Assembly: GCA_016866775.1 (NCBI GenBank)
Contig: VGLJ01000006.1
Location: 50,315 to 114,314, forward strand
DNA length: 64,000 bases
Reading direction: 5' to 3'
DNA from: Candidatus Rokuibacteriota bacterium
GTDB taxonomy: Bacteria; Methylomirabilota; Methylomirabilia; Rokubacteriales; CSP1-6
Below are positions 54,235 through 64,000 of the stretch, in pieces (position 1 is the first letter of the stretch; the number at the start of each line of letters is the position of its first letter). The notes beneath the pieces are model-generated. The model had not been told where the DNA came from. It ran no database searches and saw only the letters and a program-made list of their open reading frames with translations. A program made the translations under genes and the position numbers.

Positions 54235-54999
54235 ATGGCGCACCGGCTCAAAGACAAGGTCGCGCTGATCACCGGCGCGGGCATGGGCATGGGACGGGAG
54301 TGCGCGGTGCTCTTCGCGGAGGAGGGCGCGCGCGTGGTCGTCGCCGACATCGACGCCAAGGTCGCGGCGGAGACCGTCGCGGCGGTCGAGGCGAAGGGCG
54401 GGCAGGCCATCGCGGTCGCGGGCGACGTCGCGCTCGAGCCGGACGTCGAGCGCATGGTCGCGGAGGGGGTGAAGAAGTTCGGCGCCCTTCACATCCTCCA
54501 CAACAACGCCGGCGTGCTGTGGAAGGACCGCGATCGCTCGGTGCTGGAGACCGACGAGAAGTGGTGGGACCGCGTGATGGGGATCAACCTCAAGTCGGTC
54601 TTCTGGGTGACGAAGCACGGGATCCCGCATCTCAAGCGCGCCGGCGGCGGCTCCGTGATCCTCATGGGCTCGGTGTCGGCGCTCGCCGGCTTCACGCGCG
54701 CGCAGGACGCGTACACGGCCGCGAAGGGCGCCCTGATCTCGCTGACGAAGTCGCTCGCGATCCAGTTCGCGAGGGACAACATCCGCTGCAACGTGATCCA
54801 TCCCGGCATCGTGGACACGCCGCTGCAGGCGCCCTATCTGACGCCGGAGATCCGGACGGAATTCGAGAGGGGCATTCCGCTCGGCCGCATCGCGCGGCCG
54901 CGCGAGATCGCCAACGTCGCCTTGTTCCTCGCCAGCGACGAGTCGTCGTTCATGACCGGCGCCGAGCTGGTCGTCGACGGCGGGTTCACGGCGGGCTAA
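54235..54999 (+). CDS. SDR family oxidoreductase
   Basis: KDKVALITGAGMGMGRE...NNAGV...YTAAKGA. Confidence 0.9.
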   Translation: MAHRLKDKVALITGAGMGMGRECAVLFAEEGARVVVADIDAKVAAETVAAVEAKGGQAIAVAGDVALEPDVERMVAEGVKKFGALHILHNNAGVLWKDRDRSVLETDEKWWDRVMGINLKSVFWVTKHGIPHLKRAGGGSVILMGSVSALAGFTRAQDAYTAAKGALISLTKSLAIQFARDNIRCNVIHPGIVDTPLQAPYLTPEIRTEFERGIPLGRIARPREIANVALFLASDESSFMTGAELVVDGGFTAG

Positions 55000-55071
55000 C
55001 CCGAACCGGCAGCGCAGCCAAGGGGTTTGGGGTCCTGAGCTGTGGGGCCCCATGTCCAAGGAGAACCGAGC

Positions 55072-56067
55072 ATGCGACGACTGTGGAGCCTGGCGGTGGT
55101 GCTGGTGGTCCTCGGAGCGGCGCCCGCGTGGGCGAAGGACGTGGTGATCGTCTACACGGCGCTCGAGAACGAGCAGATCGCCGACTACAAGAAGGCGTAC
55201 GACAAGGCGCTGCCGAACCTCGACGTGAAGATCCTGCGGCTCTCCACCGGCGACATCGCGGCCCGGTTCATGGCCGAGAAGGACAACATGCAGGCCGACG
55301 TCATCTGGGGCGTGGCCGCGACGAACATCCTGATCTTCAAGAACGCCGGGCTGCTGGAGCCGTACGCGCCGAAGGGGCTCGACCGCGTGCAGCCGCTCTT
55401 CCGCGACAAGGCCAACCCGCCGAGCTGGGTCGGGATCGACATCTATATGTCGGCGTTCTGCTTCAACACCGAGGTCGCGAAGAAGCACACCCTGCCCGCG
55501 CCGGCGTCCTGGGCCGATCTCACCAAGCCGGTCTACAAGGGCCACGTGGTGATGCCGAACCCCGCGAGCTCGGGCACCGGGTATCTCTCGGTCGTCTCGA
55601 TCCTGCAGCGGCTCGGCGAGGCGAAGGGCTGGGAGTACCTCGACGCGCTCCACAAGAACATCGCGGAGTACACGAAGTCCGGCTCCAAGCCGTGCAAGGA
55701 CGCGGCGTCGGGCGAGCGCGGCATCGGCGTGTCGTTCGAGTACGTCGCGGCGAAAGCGAAGAAGGAAGGCGCGCCGATCCAGATGGTGCTGCCGAGCGAA
55801 GGCTCCGGCTACGACATGGAAGCCAACGCGCTCACCAGGAAGGGCAAGAGCAGCGCCGCCGCGAAGCAGTTCCTCGACTGGGCCATCACGAACGAGGCGA
55901 TGGCGCTCTACTCGAAGTACTTCGCGGCCGTCGCGGTGCCGGGGTTCCCCGTGCCGGAAGGCTTGCCGAAGGACATCAGCAAGGTGGTGTTCCCGAACGA
56001 CTTCGACTGGTCGGCGAAGAACCGCGATCGGGTCCTCGCCGAGTGGACGAAGCGGTACGCGAAGTAG
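55072..56067 (+). CDS. ABC transporter periplasmic substrate-binding protein (SBP family 1, PhnS/FbpA-like)
   Basis: Signal peptide MRRLWSLAVVLVVLGAAPAWA, then KDVVIVYTALENEQIADYKKAYDKALPNLDVKILRLSTGD. Confidence 0.85.
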   Translation: MRRLWSLAVVLVVLGAAPAWAKDVVIVYTALENEQIADYKKAYDKALPNLDVKILRLSTGDIAARFMAEKDNMQADVIWGVAATNILIFKNAGLLEPYAPKGLDRVQPLFRDKANPPSWVGIDIYMSAFCFNTEVAKKHTLPAPASWADLTKPVYKGHVVMPNPASSGTGYLSVVSILQRLGEAKGWEYLDALHKNIAEYTKSGSKPCKDAASGERGIGVSFEYVAAKAKKEGAPIQMVLPSEGSGYDMEANALTRKGKSSAAAKQFLDWAITNEAMALYSKYFAAVAVPGFPVPEGLPKDISKVVFPNDFDWSAKNRDRVLAEWTKRYAK

Positions 56068-56074
56068 CGGAGCG

Positions 56075-57147
<1,073 letters not shown>

Positions 57148-57151
<4 letters not shown>

Positions 57152-58842
57152 GCGCGCGCGCGATCCCCGATCGCCCTGTCCGGCAGGCGTGGCACGCCGA
57201 AGCGGTGCTGCGTCTCGCGCTGATCGCGTTCTACGCGGCGTTCCTCACGCTCTTCGTGCTCTACCCGATGCTGCAGGTGTTCACGCGCAGCCTGCAGGAC
57301 GGCCAGGGCCGGTTCGTCGGCGCGGCGAACTACGTCCGGTACTTCGCGACGCCGGCCATCGCCTCCTCGATCACGAACAGCCTCGCCGTCGCGACGGGCA
57401 CGACGCTGCTCACGGTGGTCCTCGCGTTCGTCTACGCCTACGCGCTCACGCGGTCGACGATGCCGCTGCCGGGCCTCTTCAGGCTCGTCATCATGCTGCC
57501 GATCTTCGCGCCGTCGCTGGTGCAGGGGATCGCGTTCATCTACGTCTTCGGCAACAACGGCCTGCTCACGCGGTGGACCGGGTTCAACGTGGGCATCTAC
57601 GGATTCAAGGGCATCGTCGCCGCCGAGACGTTCTACGCGCTGCCCCACGCGGTGCTGATCCTCGTCGCCGCGCTCACGGCCGCGGACGCGCGGCTCTACG
57701 ACGCGGCGTCCGCCCTCGGCGCCTCCCGCGTGAAGACGTTCGTCACGGTCACGCTGCCGGGCGTGAAGTACGGCGTGATGAGCGCATGCTTCGTCGTGTT
57801 CACGCTCGTGATCACGGACTTCGGGGTGCCGAAGGTGATCGGCGGCAAGTATTCGGTGATGGCGACCGAGATCTACAACCAGGTCATCGGCCAGCAGAAC
57901 TTCACGATGGGCGCCACGGTGTCGGTCGTGCTGCTCATCCCGGCCGCCCTCGCCGTCGTCATCGACCGGCTCGTGCAGCGGCGGCAGTACGCCCTGCTCA
58001 CGGCCTCGTCGGTGCCGCTCCGTCCCGCGCGCAACCGCGGGCGTGACCTCGGGCTGTTCGTCTATTGCACGCTGGTCGCCGGCGGCATCGCCGCGATCTA
58101 CCTCGTGATCCTCGCGAGCTCGCTCGTCACGCGCTGGCCGTACGACTTCACGCCGACGACGAAGCACTACCGGTTCGACACGGTGGGCGGCTACACGGCG
58201 GTCTGGAACAGCATCGAGGCCGCCGCGCTCGCCGCCGTGATCGGCACCGTGCTCGCGTTCGCGGGCGCGTACCTCGTGGAGAAGTGCCGGACGGCCGCGA
58301 GCGGACCGCTCTACGTGCTGTCCGTCCTGCCCGTGTCGGTGCCCGGGATGGTGCTGGGCCTGGCCTACATCTTCACGTTCAACGCGCCGGGCTCGCCGCT
58401 GAACGCGCTCTACGGCACGCTCGCGATCCTCGTGCTCTCGCACCTCGTCCACTACTTCACGGTGCCGTTCCTCACCGCGACGGCGGCGCTCAAGCAGATG
58501 GACGCCGAGTTCGAGAACGTCTCCGCGTCGCTCGGCGTCCCGTTCTACCGCACGTTCTGGCGCGTCACGGTGCCGCTGGCGCTGCCGCAGATCGTCGCGC
58601 TGAGCCTCTACTTCTTCCTCAACGCGATGGTGACGCTCTCGGCCGCGGTCTTCCTCGTGGCGCCGGGCACCGAGCTCGCCGCGGTGGCCGTGCTGCTGAT
58701 GGACGACGCCGGGGACACGGCGCAGGCCGCGGCCATGTCGGTGCTCATCATCGCCATCGGGTTCGCCGTCCGTCTGCTCTATGCTCTCCTCATGCGCGGA
58801 GTCACGCGGCGAACCCAGGCCTGGACGGTGGCGACCCGATGA
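57148..58842 (+). CDS. Fused two-domain ABC transporter permease (FbpB/PhnV-like)
   Basis: 564 aa with two BPD_transp_1 repeats. Confidence 0.85.
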
Positions 58843-59972
58843 AGGGCAAGCCCATGCGCCTCGAGACGCTCGCGGTGCACGCCGGCCGCCGTGTGGATCC
58901 GACGACCGGCGCCGTCGCGCCGCCCATTCACCTCTCGACCACGTTCGAGCGTGATCCGGACGGCAGCTACTCGCGCGGCCATCTCTACGCGCGCAACAGC
59001 AACCCGACGCGCGAGGCGCTCGAAGCGTGCCTCGCGGCGCTCGAGGGCGGGGCGGCCGCGGCGGCGTTCGCGTCCGGCTCCGCGGCGACGGCGGCGGTGT
59101 TCCAGGCGCTGAGCCCGGGCGATCACGTCGTCGCGCCGCACGACGCGTACCACGGCACGGGACGGCTGCTGCGCGAGACGTTCACCCGGTGGGGTCTCGC
59201 GACCACGTTCGCCGACATGACGAATCCGGCGGAGGTCCAGCGCGCGCTGCGTCCCACGACGCGCGTGGTCTGGGTCGAGACGCCCTCGAATCCCATGTGG
59301 AAGGTGAGCGACATTCGCGCACTCGCCGCGCTCGCGCACGACGCCGGCGCGCGGTGCGTCTGCGACAACACCGTCGCCACGCCCGTCGGCCAGTCGCCGC
59401 TCGAGCTGGGCGCGGACCTCATCGTGCACGCGACGACGAAGTACCTCGGCGGGCACGGCGACCTGATGGGCGGCGCGGTCATCGCGCGCGTGGCGGACGA
59501 CATGCTGGAGCGCGTGCGCGCGGTGCAGGCCTCGGGCGGCGGCATCCCGTCGCCGTTCGACTGCTGGCTCGTGCTGCGCGGGATCCAGACGTTGCCCTGG
59601 CGCGTGCGCGCGCATGGCGAGAACGCGCTGAAGCTCGCGCGCTTCCTCGCCGAGCATCGTCGCGTGGAGGCCGTGCACTACCCCGGGCTGCCGAGCCATC
59701 CCGCCCACGCGCTGGCGGCGCGGCAGATGCGCTGCTTCTCGGGGATGCTCTCGTTCCAGGTCCGCGGCAGCGCGGCCGAGGCGCTGGGCGTGGCCGCCAA
59801 GGTGCGCGTCTTCACGCGCGCGACGAGCTTCGGCGGCACGGACAGCCTCATCGAGCATCGCGCGTCGGTCGAAGGCCCGAACTCGCGCACGCCCGACAAT
59901 CTCCTGCGCGTGTCGGTCGGCCTGGAGCACGCGGACGATCTCATCGCCGACCTCGAGGAGGCGCTGTCGTGA
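58839..59972 (+). CDS. PLP-dependent Cys/Met-metabolism enzyme (cystathionine gamma-synthase/lyase family)
   Basis: MKGKPMRLETLAVHAG... with the PLP-lysine region TTKYLGGHGD. ATGA overlap with the permease stop. Confidence 0.85.
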   Translation: MKGKPMRLETLAVHAGRRVDPTTGAVAPPIHLSTTFERDPDGSYSRGHLYARNSNPTREALEACLAALEGGAAAAAFASGSAATAAVFQALSPGDHVVAPHDAYHGTGRLLRETFTRWGLATTFADMTNPAEVQRALRPTTRVVWVETPSNPMWKVSDIRALAALAHDAGARCVCDNTVATPVGQSPLELGADLIVHATTKYLGGHGDLMGGAVIARVADDMLERVRAVQASGGGIPSPFDCWLVLRGIQTLPWRVRAHGENALKLARFLAEHRRVEAVHYPGLPSHPAHALAARQMRCFSGMLSFQVRGSAAEALGVAAKVRVFTRATSFGGTDSLIEHRASVEGPNSRTPDNLLRVSVGLEHADDLIADLEEALS

Positions 59973-60706
59973 GTCTTCAAGATCGGACCGCGCTCGTCAC
60001 CGGCGGCGCGCGCGGCATCGGGCTCGCGATCACCGAGCGGCTCGTCGCGGAGGGGGCGCGCGTCCTCATCGCCGATCTCGACGGCACCGCGGCGAAGGAC
60101 GTCACGAACCGGCACGGAGACGCCGTGGCGGCGCTCGTCGCCGACGTCACGCGGACCGATCACGTGGAGCGCGTGGTGAAGGCGCCGATCGAGCGCTGGG
60201 GCCGCCTCGACATCGTCGTCAACAACGCGGGGATCACCGGCCGCTCGTTCCCGATCCAGGACCTGACCGACGAGGACTGGCAGAAGGTCATCGCCGCCGA
60301 TCTCACCAGCGTGTTCCTCGTCTGCCGCGCGGCGATCCGTCACATGCTCGGCGCCGGCGGCGGCCGCATCGTCAACATCGCGTCGATCGCGGGCAAGGAA
60401 GGCAACCCGACGCTGGTGCCGTACTCCGCGGCCAAGGCGGGCGTCATCGGCCTCACGAAGGCGCTCGCGAAAGAGGTCGCGACGCGGAACATCTTCGTGA
60501 ACGCAGTGGCGCCCGCGGTGATCGGCACCGACCTGCTCAAGCAGATGGAGCCGTCGACGGTCGACCTGCTCGTGTCGAAGATCCCGATGGGCCGCGTCGG
60601 CACGCCGCAGGAAGTCGCCGCGCTGGTCGCGTGGCTCGTGTCCGACGAGTGCTCCTTCTCGACGGGCGCGGTCTACGACCTCTCGGGTGGCCGCGCGAGC
60701 TATTGA
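59969..60706 (+). CDS. SDR family oxidoreductase
   Basis: ALVTGGARGIGLAI...NNAGI...YSAAKAG. GTGA overlap. Confidence 0.9.
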   Translation: MSLQDRTALVTGGARGIGLAITERLVAEGARVLIADLDGTAAKDVTNRHGDAVAALVADVTRTDHVERVVKAPIERWGRLDIVVNNAGITGRSFPIQDLTDEDWQKVIAADLTSVFLVCRAAIRHMLGAGGGRIVNIASIAGKEGNPTLVPYSAAKAGVIGLTKALAKEVATRNIFVNAVAPAVIGTDLLKQMEPSTVDLLVSKIPMGRVGTPQEVAALVAWLVSDECSFSTGAVYDLSGGRASY

Positions 60707-60709
60707 CAC

Positions 60710-60734
60710 GGGGGGCCGCCTCTAGCGGCCCCCC
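60710..60734 (+). terminator. Perfect 10-bp GC hairpin (ggggggccgc-ctcta-gcggcccccc) after the SDR gene. No U-tract.
   Basis: The hairpin is seen directly in the sequence, 4 nt after the stop. Confidence 0.4.
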
Positions 60735-60849
60735 AAGCCCCCACGCTCCGGACGATGGCAAAGCCACCGCCCTCCGCGAGTGCCGTTGCCTGTATCCGAT
60801 TGTGGACCGGCGCGCGCTCAGCCAGTACCGGCCGTAGGCCTCAGAGACG

Positions 60850-61622
60850 CTAGTCGCCCTTCCGGCGCAGCTCGAAGTTGTCGAAGTCGACCACGACGCT
60901 GCCGGCCTCATCCGGAATGCCGACCCCCAATCCGACCTTGCCGCCGGAGAAAGAGCGTTCCCGGTAGACGGCGACGACGGTGGAATTGATGAGAAGCTCG
61001 ATGATGCTTTTCTCGACCACGACACCGAAGCGATTCGTGTCGTCGAGCTTGATCGGGACCGGCGTCCAGGTGATGAGGTCGTGGAGCTTCGTTCCGTCGT
61101 AGCGCCTGAGGATATAGAACGTCCCCTTCGGGCCACGGCCGACGACGAACGAGTAGTCGCTGTTCGTGACCATGCCGAACAGCAGGGAGATCTGCTGGTC
61201 CTTCGCGCGGCTCGCCACCAGCCGCGCGTCCACCGCGGCGTAAAAGTCCACGACCGGCCCGTACGGCGCCTCGATCACGCGTGCGGCGTCGCCCTTCGTG
61301 ACGAGATCCCACCGATACTTGCCTTCGACCATCCTCATGTCGAGTGTCGATCGCTCGTCAGGAACGCTCCCGGTCCGCACGCCGACGCGAGCGACGTGAA
61401 CGTCTCGGAGGCGACGGACGGCCAGTCCGTGGGTGTCGCCGTCGTCGAGGAGGCGGTCGCCGCCGCGGGTCGGGTCGTCTCGGCGCGAGGCTTGTCGCTC
61501 TGCGTGATCCCGAGATACACTCCGCCGAGAGCCGCGACGAGGCCGGCGAGACCGGTCAGGATTCCCGGGGCCGACGTCCAGAAGGTCCGCGTCCTCCAGA
61601 ACGCCCGCTTGGCGTTGGGCAT
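60850..61622 (-). CDS. Membrane-anchored hypothetical protein (one apparent frameshift near 61335-61380)
   Basis: N-terminus MPNAKRAFWRTRTFWTSAPGILTGLAGLVAALGGVYLGI (TM) from ORF 61335..61622. It continues in ORF 60850..61380. Confidence 0.45.
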
Positions 61623-61635
61623 CGCGGCGTCCGCG

Positions 61636-62637
61636 TTACGACGCGTTCGGGGTGATCACCGTCTTCGCGCCGCGCCCGGCCGTCGCGTGGGCGAACGCGT
61701 CGGCGATCTTCTCCAGCGGGAACCGCGCGGTCACGAGCGGCTTCGCCCTGAGCTTCGGCATCAGCGCCAGCGCGCGGCGGAACGCGGTGCCGCGGCCGAA
61801 CGCGCCGCCGATCCGGATCTCGCGGAAGTGTACGTCGAACAGATCGAGCGGCAGCGCGCTGCCCTTCGGATTCACGCCGACGAGCTGGAAGTAGCCCGTC
61901 GGCCGCGTCAGCGCGAGCGTCTCCTTCACGAGCTCCGGCTTGCCGACGGCCTCGCAGACGACGTCGGCACCGCGTCCCTTCGTCAGCTCCATCACGCGGT
62001 CGCGCAGATTCTCGCGTATCGGATCGATCACGACCGTCGCGCCGAGCTTCTTCGCGGCGTTGCGCCGGTCCTCGATCGGGTCCGACAGCACGAGACGCTT
62101 CGCGCCGCGCACGCGCGCGATCGCCATGGTGAGCAGGCCCATGATCCCGCCGCCGACCACGACCACCGTGGCGTTCTTCGGCATCCGGAATTGCTCGAGC
62201 CCCGAGAGGCAGCACGCCGCCGGCTCGGTGAGCGCCGCGGTCACCGGGTCGAAGCCGCGCGGCAGCGGATGCACGCACGCGGCGGGCAGCGCCACGCGCT
62301 CGGCGAAGCCGCCCACGCGCGTGCACCGCGCGCACTGACTGATCCGGCCCTCGGCGCAGTCGGCGCATGCGCCGCAGCCGTACGACGGCTCGCACGCGAC
62401 GGCCTTGCCGACGAGGCTCTTGCTGACGCCGCGCCCGACCTCGCGCACCCTGCCGGTGTACTCGTGCCCCATGACGAGCGGCGGCGTCCACGGAAAGAGA
62501 CCCTGCGTCGCGTGGATGTCGGTGCCGCAGATGCCCGCGGCCTGGATGTCGACGACGACCCAGCCGGGCTTGACCGTGGGCTCGGGCGCTTCGTCGATCG
62601 TGAACCTGTCGCTGCCGCGCCACGTCGCGACTTTCAT
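61636..62637 (-). CDS. Zinc-dependent alcohol dehydrogenase (MDR family, threonine/sorbitol dehydrogenase-like)
   Basis: MKVATW...GICGTDIHA...GHEYTGRV...CGACADC...VVVVGGGIMGL. It is the C-terminal part of ORF 61636..63384. Confidence 0.85.
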   Translation of the reverse strand: MKVATWRGSDRFTIDEAPEPTVKPGWVVVDIQAAGICGTDIHATQGLFPWTPPLVMGHEYTGRVREVGRGVSKSLVGKAVACEPSYGCGACADCAEGRISQCARCTRVGGFAERVALPAACVHPLPRGFDPVTAALTEPAACCLSGLEQFRMPKNATVVVVGGGIMGLLTMAIARVRGAKRLVLSDPIEDRRNAAKKLGATVVIDPIRENLRDRVMELTKGRGADVVCEAVGKPELVKETLALTRPTGYFQLVGVNPKGSALPLDLFDVHFREIRIGGAFGRGTAFRRALALMPKLRAKPLVTARFPLEKIADAFAHATAGRGAKTVITPNAS

Positions 62638-63794
62638 GGGAAGAGCCTCCTCGTGGCCAGCGCCGCGCCCTCGCTGAGCGCGCGCAGCTTCGCCCACACC
62701 ACGCTCGGCGCCACGTTCTCCGAGCCCGCGAACGTCCCGAAGCCGCAATCCGTCGACGCGATGACCCGTGTCCGGTCGCCGACCGCGTCGACCGCCTGCG
62801 CGATCCGGTCGGCCACGACCTCGGGATGCTCGACGTAGTTCGTCGTCGAGTCGATCACGCCGGGGATCAGCAGCATCCCGTCCGGCAGCGGATGGCGCTT
62901 GAGCACCTTGTACTCGTGGGCGTGGCGCGGGTTCGCGAACGGAATCGACAGCGCGCCGCCGCGCGCGCGATAGAGCAGCGGCAGCACCGCCTCCATCGGG
63001 ACGTCGTGCGTGTGCGGGCCGTCGTAGTTGCCCCAGCAGACGTGGAGCCGGATGCGATCGGCCGGGATGCCCTCGGTGGCCTGGTTGATCGCGTCGACGT
63101 GGAGCTTCACCATCTCCTGGAACCGCTCCAGCGGGTCGTGCTGGAAGAAGCGCACGCGCTCCATGGCGAGGTCGGGACAGTCGACCTGCAGCACGAACCC
63201 GCGGCGGTGGATGAGCGCGTACTCCTGTTTGATCTCGCGCGCCAGCGCGGTCACGTAGCGCTCGTGCGACCGGTAGTGCGCGTCGAGCAGGATCGTCGCC
63301 ATCACGCCGGGGGACGCCGCGGTCATGAAGCGCTCGACGAACTTCTTCGGGTTCGCCTCGGTCGCGCGCTCGAAGAGGTCGCACTCGCGCGTCGCCGGGG
63401 CGAGATCCGTGTACTTCACCTCCGCGACCGCTTGCGGAGCGTTCGCGATGCGCGCGGCGGCGCTCCTGCGGCGCGCCAGCATCTCGGCGTAGTCGGGGAA
63501 GTCGACGAGGTCGCGCGCGAGCGGCCGCTTGCTCTCCCCGCCGAAGCCCTGCATGCGGTCGACGACGTAGGTGGAGAACCCCGGGCGCGGCTGCTCGCCG
63601 TCGTTGCCGACGTCGATGCCCGCGTCGAGCTGCCGCCCGACCACGTCGCGGATCGCGGCCTCGGTCGCGCGCTCGAGCGCCGCGCCGTCGACGGCCTCGC
63701 CGCGATCGGCGCGCACGAGCAGGTCGCGGAGCGCGGGCGGGCGGGGAATGCTGCCGACGTGCGTGGTCAGGATCCGATCGTCGCTGCGTCGCAT
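62634..63794 (-). CDS. Cobalamin-independent methionine synthase II-like (MetE C-terminal / URO-D-like) family protein
   Basis: MRRSDDRILTTHVGSIPRPPALRDLL... 386 aa. Its TGA overlaps the ADH ATG. Confidence 0.8.
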   Translation of the reverse strand: MRRSDDRILTTHVGSIPRPPALRDLLVRADRGEAVDGAALERATEAAIRDVVGRQLDAGIDVGNDGEQPRPGFSTYVVDRMQGFGGESKRPLARDLVDFPDYAEMLARRRSAAARIANAPQAVAEVKYTDLAPATRECDLFERATEANPKKFVERFMTAASPGVMATILLDAHYRSHERYVTALAREIKQEYALIHRRGFVLQVDCPDLAMERVRFFQHDPLERFQEMVKLHVDAINQATEGIPADRIRLHVCWGNYDGPHTHDVPMEAVLPLLYRARGGALSIPFANPRHAHEYKVLKRHPLPDGMLLIPGVIDSTTNYVEHPEVVADRIAQAVDAVGDRTRVIASTDCGFGTFAGSENVAPSVVWAKLRALSEGAALATRRLFP

Positions 63795-63808
63795 GATGGT
63801 CCCTCTCT

Positions 63809-64000
63809 CAGCTGACGCGATACTTCCGAACCAGCGCTTCGTCCAGGACGATGCCGAAGCCCGGGCCGTTCGGCACGTCCATCATCCCGTCCTTGATCGC
63901 GGGGCGGTTCGCCCACACCGTCTGCCACATCGGGTCGCGCTCGGGATCGGCGAAGCACTCCGCATACGTGCCGTGGGGCACGGCCGCGAGGAGGTGCGAC
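63809..64000 (-). CDS. Enolase-superfamily (mandelate racemase/muconate lactonizing enzyme-like) protein, C-terminal fragment at the window edge
   Basis: The minus-strand translation ends ...AVPHGTYAECFADPERDPMWQTVWANRPAIKDGMMDVPNGPGFGIVLDEALVRKYRVS*. Confidence 0.45.

Overview
This is a high-GC (~70%) window from a Gram-negative bacterial chromosome, probably a soil or sediment MAG of a Deltaproteobacteria/Myxococcota/Acidobacteria/Rokubacteria-like lineage. The long ORFs in the six-frame track are mostly antisense or alternative-frame artefacts of the GC content. Real genes were called from recognisable protein motifs and from 4-nt start/stop overlaps (ATGA/GTGA/TTGA), which are pervasive here. 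No rRNA, tRNA, CRISPR or mobile-element genes were seen. Gene content in order (bracketed strand symbols are the coding strand): a sensor histidine kinase plus response regulator plus GNAT operon (-); a probably sigma54-driven operon of two paralogous SAM methyltransferases and a small secreted Cys-containing protein (-); FmdB zinc ribbon, FemAB-like (PF13480) acyltransferase and MshA-like GT4 glycosyltransferase (+); an oligopeptide-type ABC transporter DFBC without a binding protein (+); a 7Fe-type ferredoxin with a strong terminator; a thiolase-like/DUF35/family III CoA-transferase module (+); a citramalate/isopropylmalate synthase; a secreted caspase-family peptidase; a ClbS/DfsB-GNAT pair; an alpha/beta hydrolase; RraA-like; a ligA-Kelch-TPR operon (-); a DtxR/MntR regulator; a complete System I cytochrome c maturation operon ccmABCDEFGHI (-); a cbb3-type oxidase locus (ccoN, fused ccoOP, CcoS-like, small subunit, CtaG-like) (-); htpX; the yceD-rpmF-plsX-fabH-fabD-fabG-acpP-fabF cluster followed by a Mini-III-like RNase III and an S2P protease; a Pal-like lipoprotein; an MFS transporter; and a putative catabolic cluster (GS-like, SDR, PhnS-like ABC transporter, CGS-family PLP enzyme, SDR) followed by ADH, MetE-like and an enolase-superfamily fragment. 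The most interesting feature is invisible in the ORF track: a compact redox operon (15394-17606) with two in-frame UGA codons, each sitting exactly in a redox motif. One gene is a glutaredoxin-like protein with a U-G-P-C motif and the other is a UGSC-family protein. Each UGA has a candidate SECIS hairpin downstream. Between them lie a ferredoxin:thioredoxin-reductase catalytic-subunit homologue (CPC...CHC) and an unknown conserved protein. A tandem direct repeat lies just upstream. The window also has two near-consensus sigma54 (-24/-12) promoters without a cognate activator gene. Several apparent frameshifts sit at homopolymers. They more likely reflect assembly indel errors than genuine pseudogenes. 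Because line-based nucleotide indexing against the ORF track showed drifts of 1-2 nt in places, coordinates of small motifs may be off by about 2 nt.
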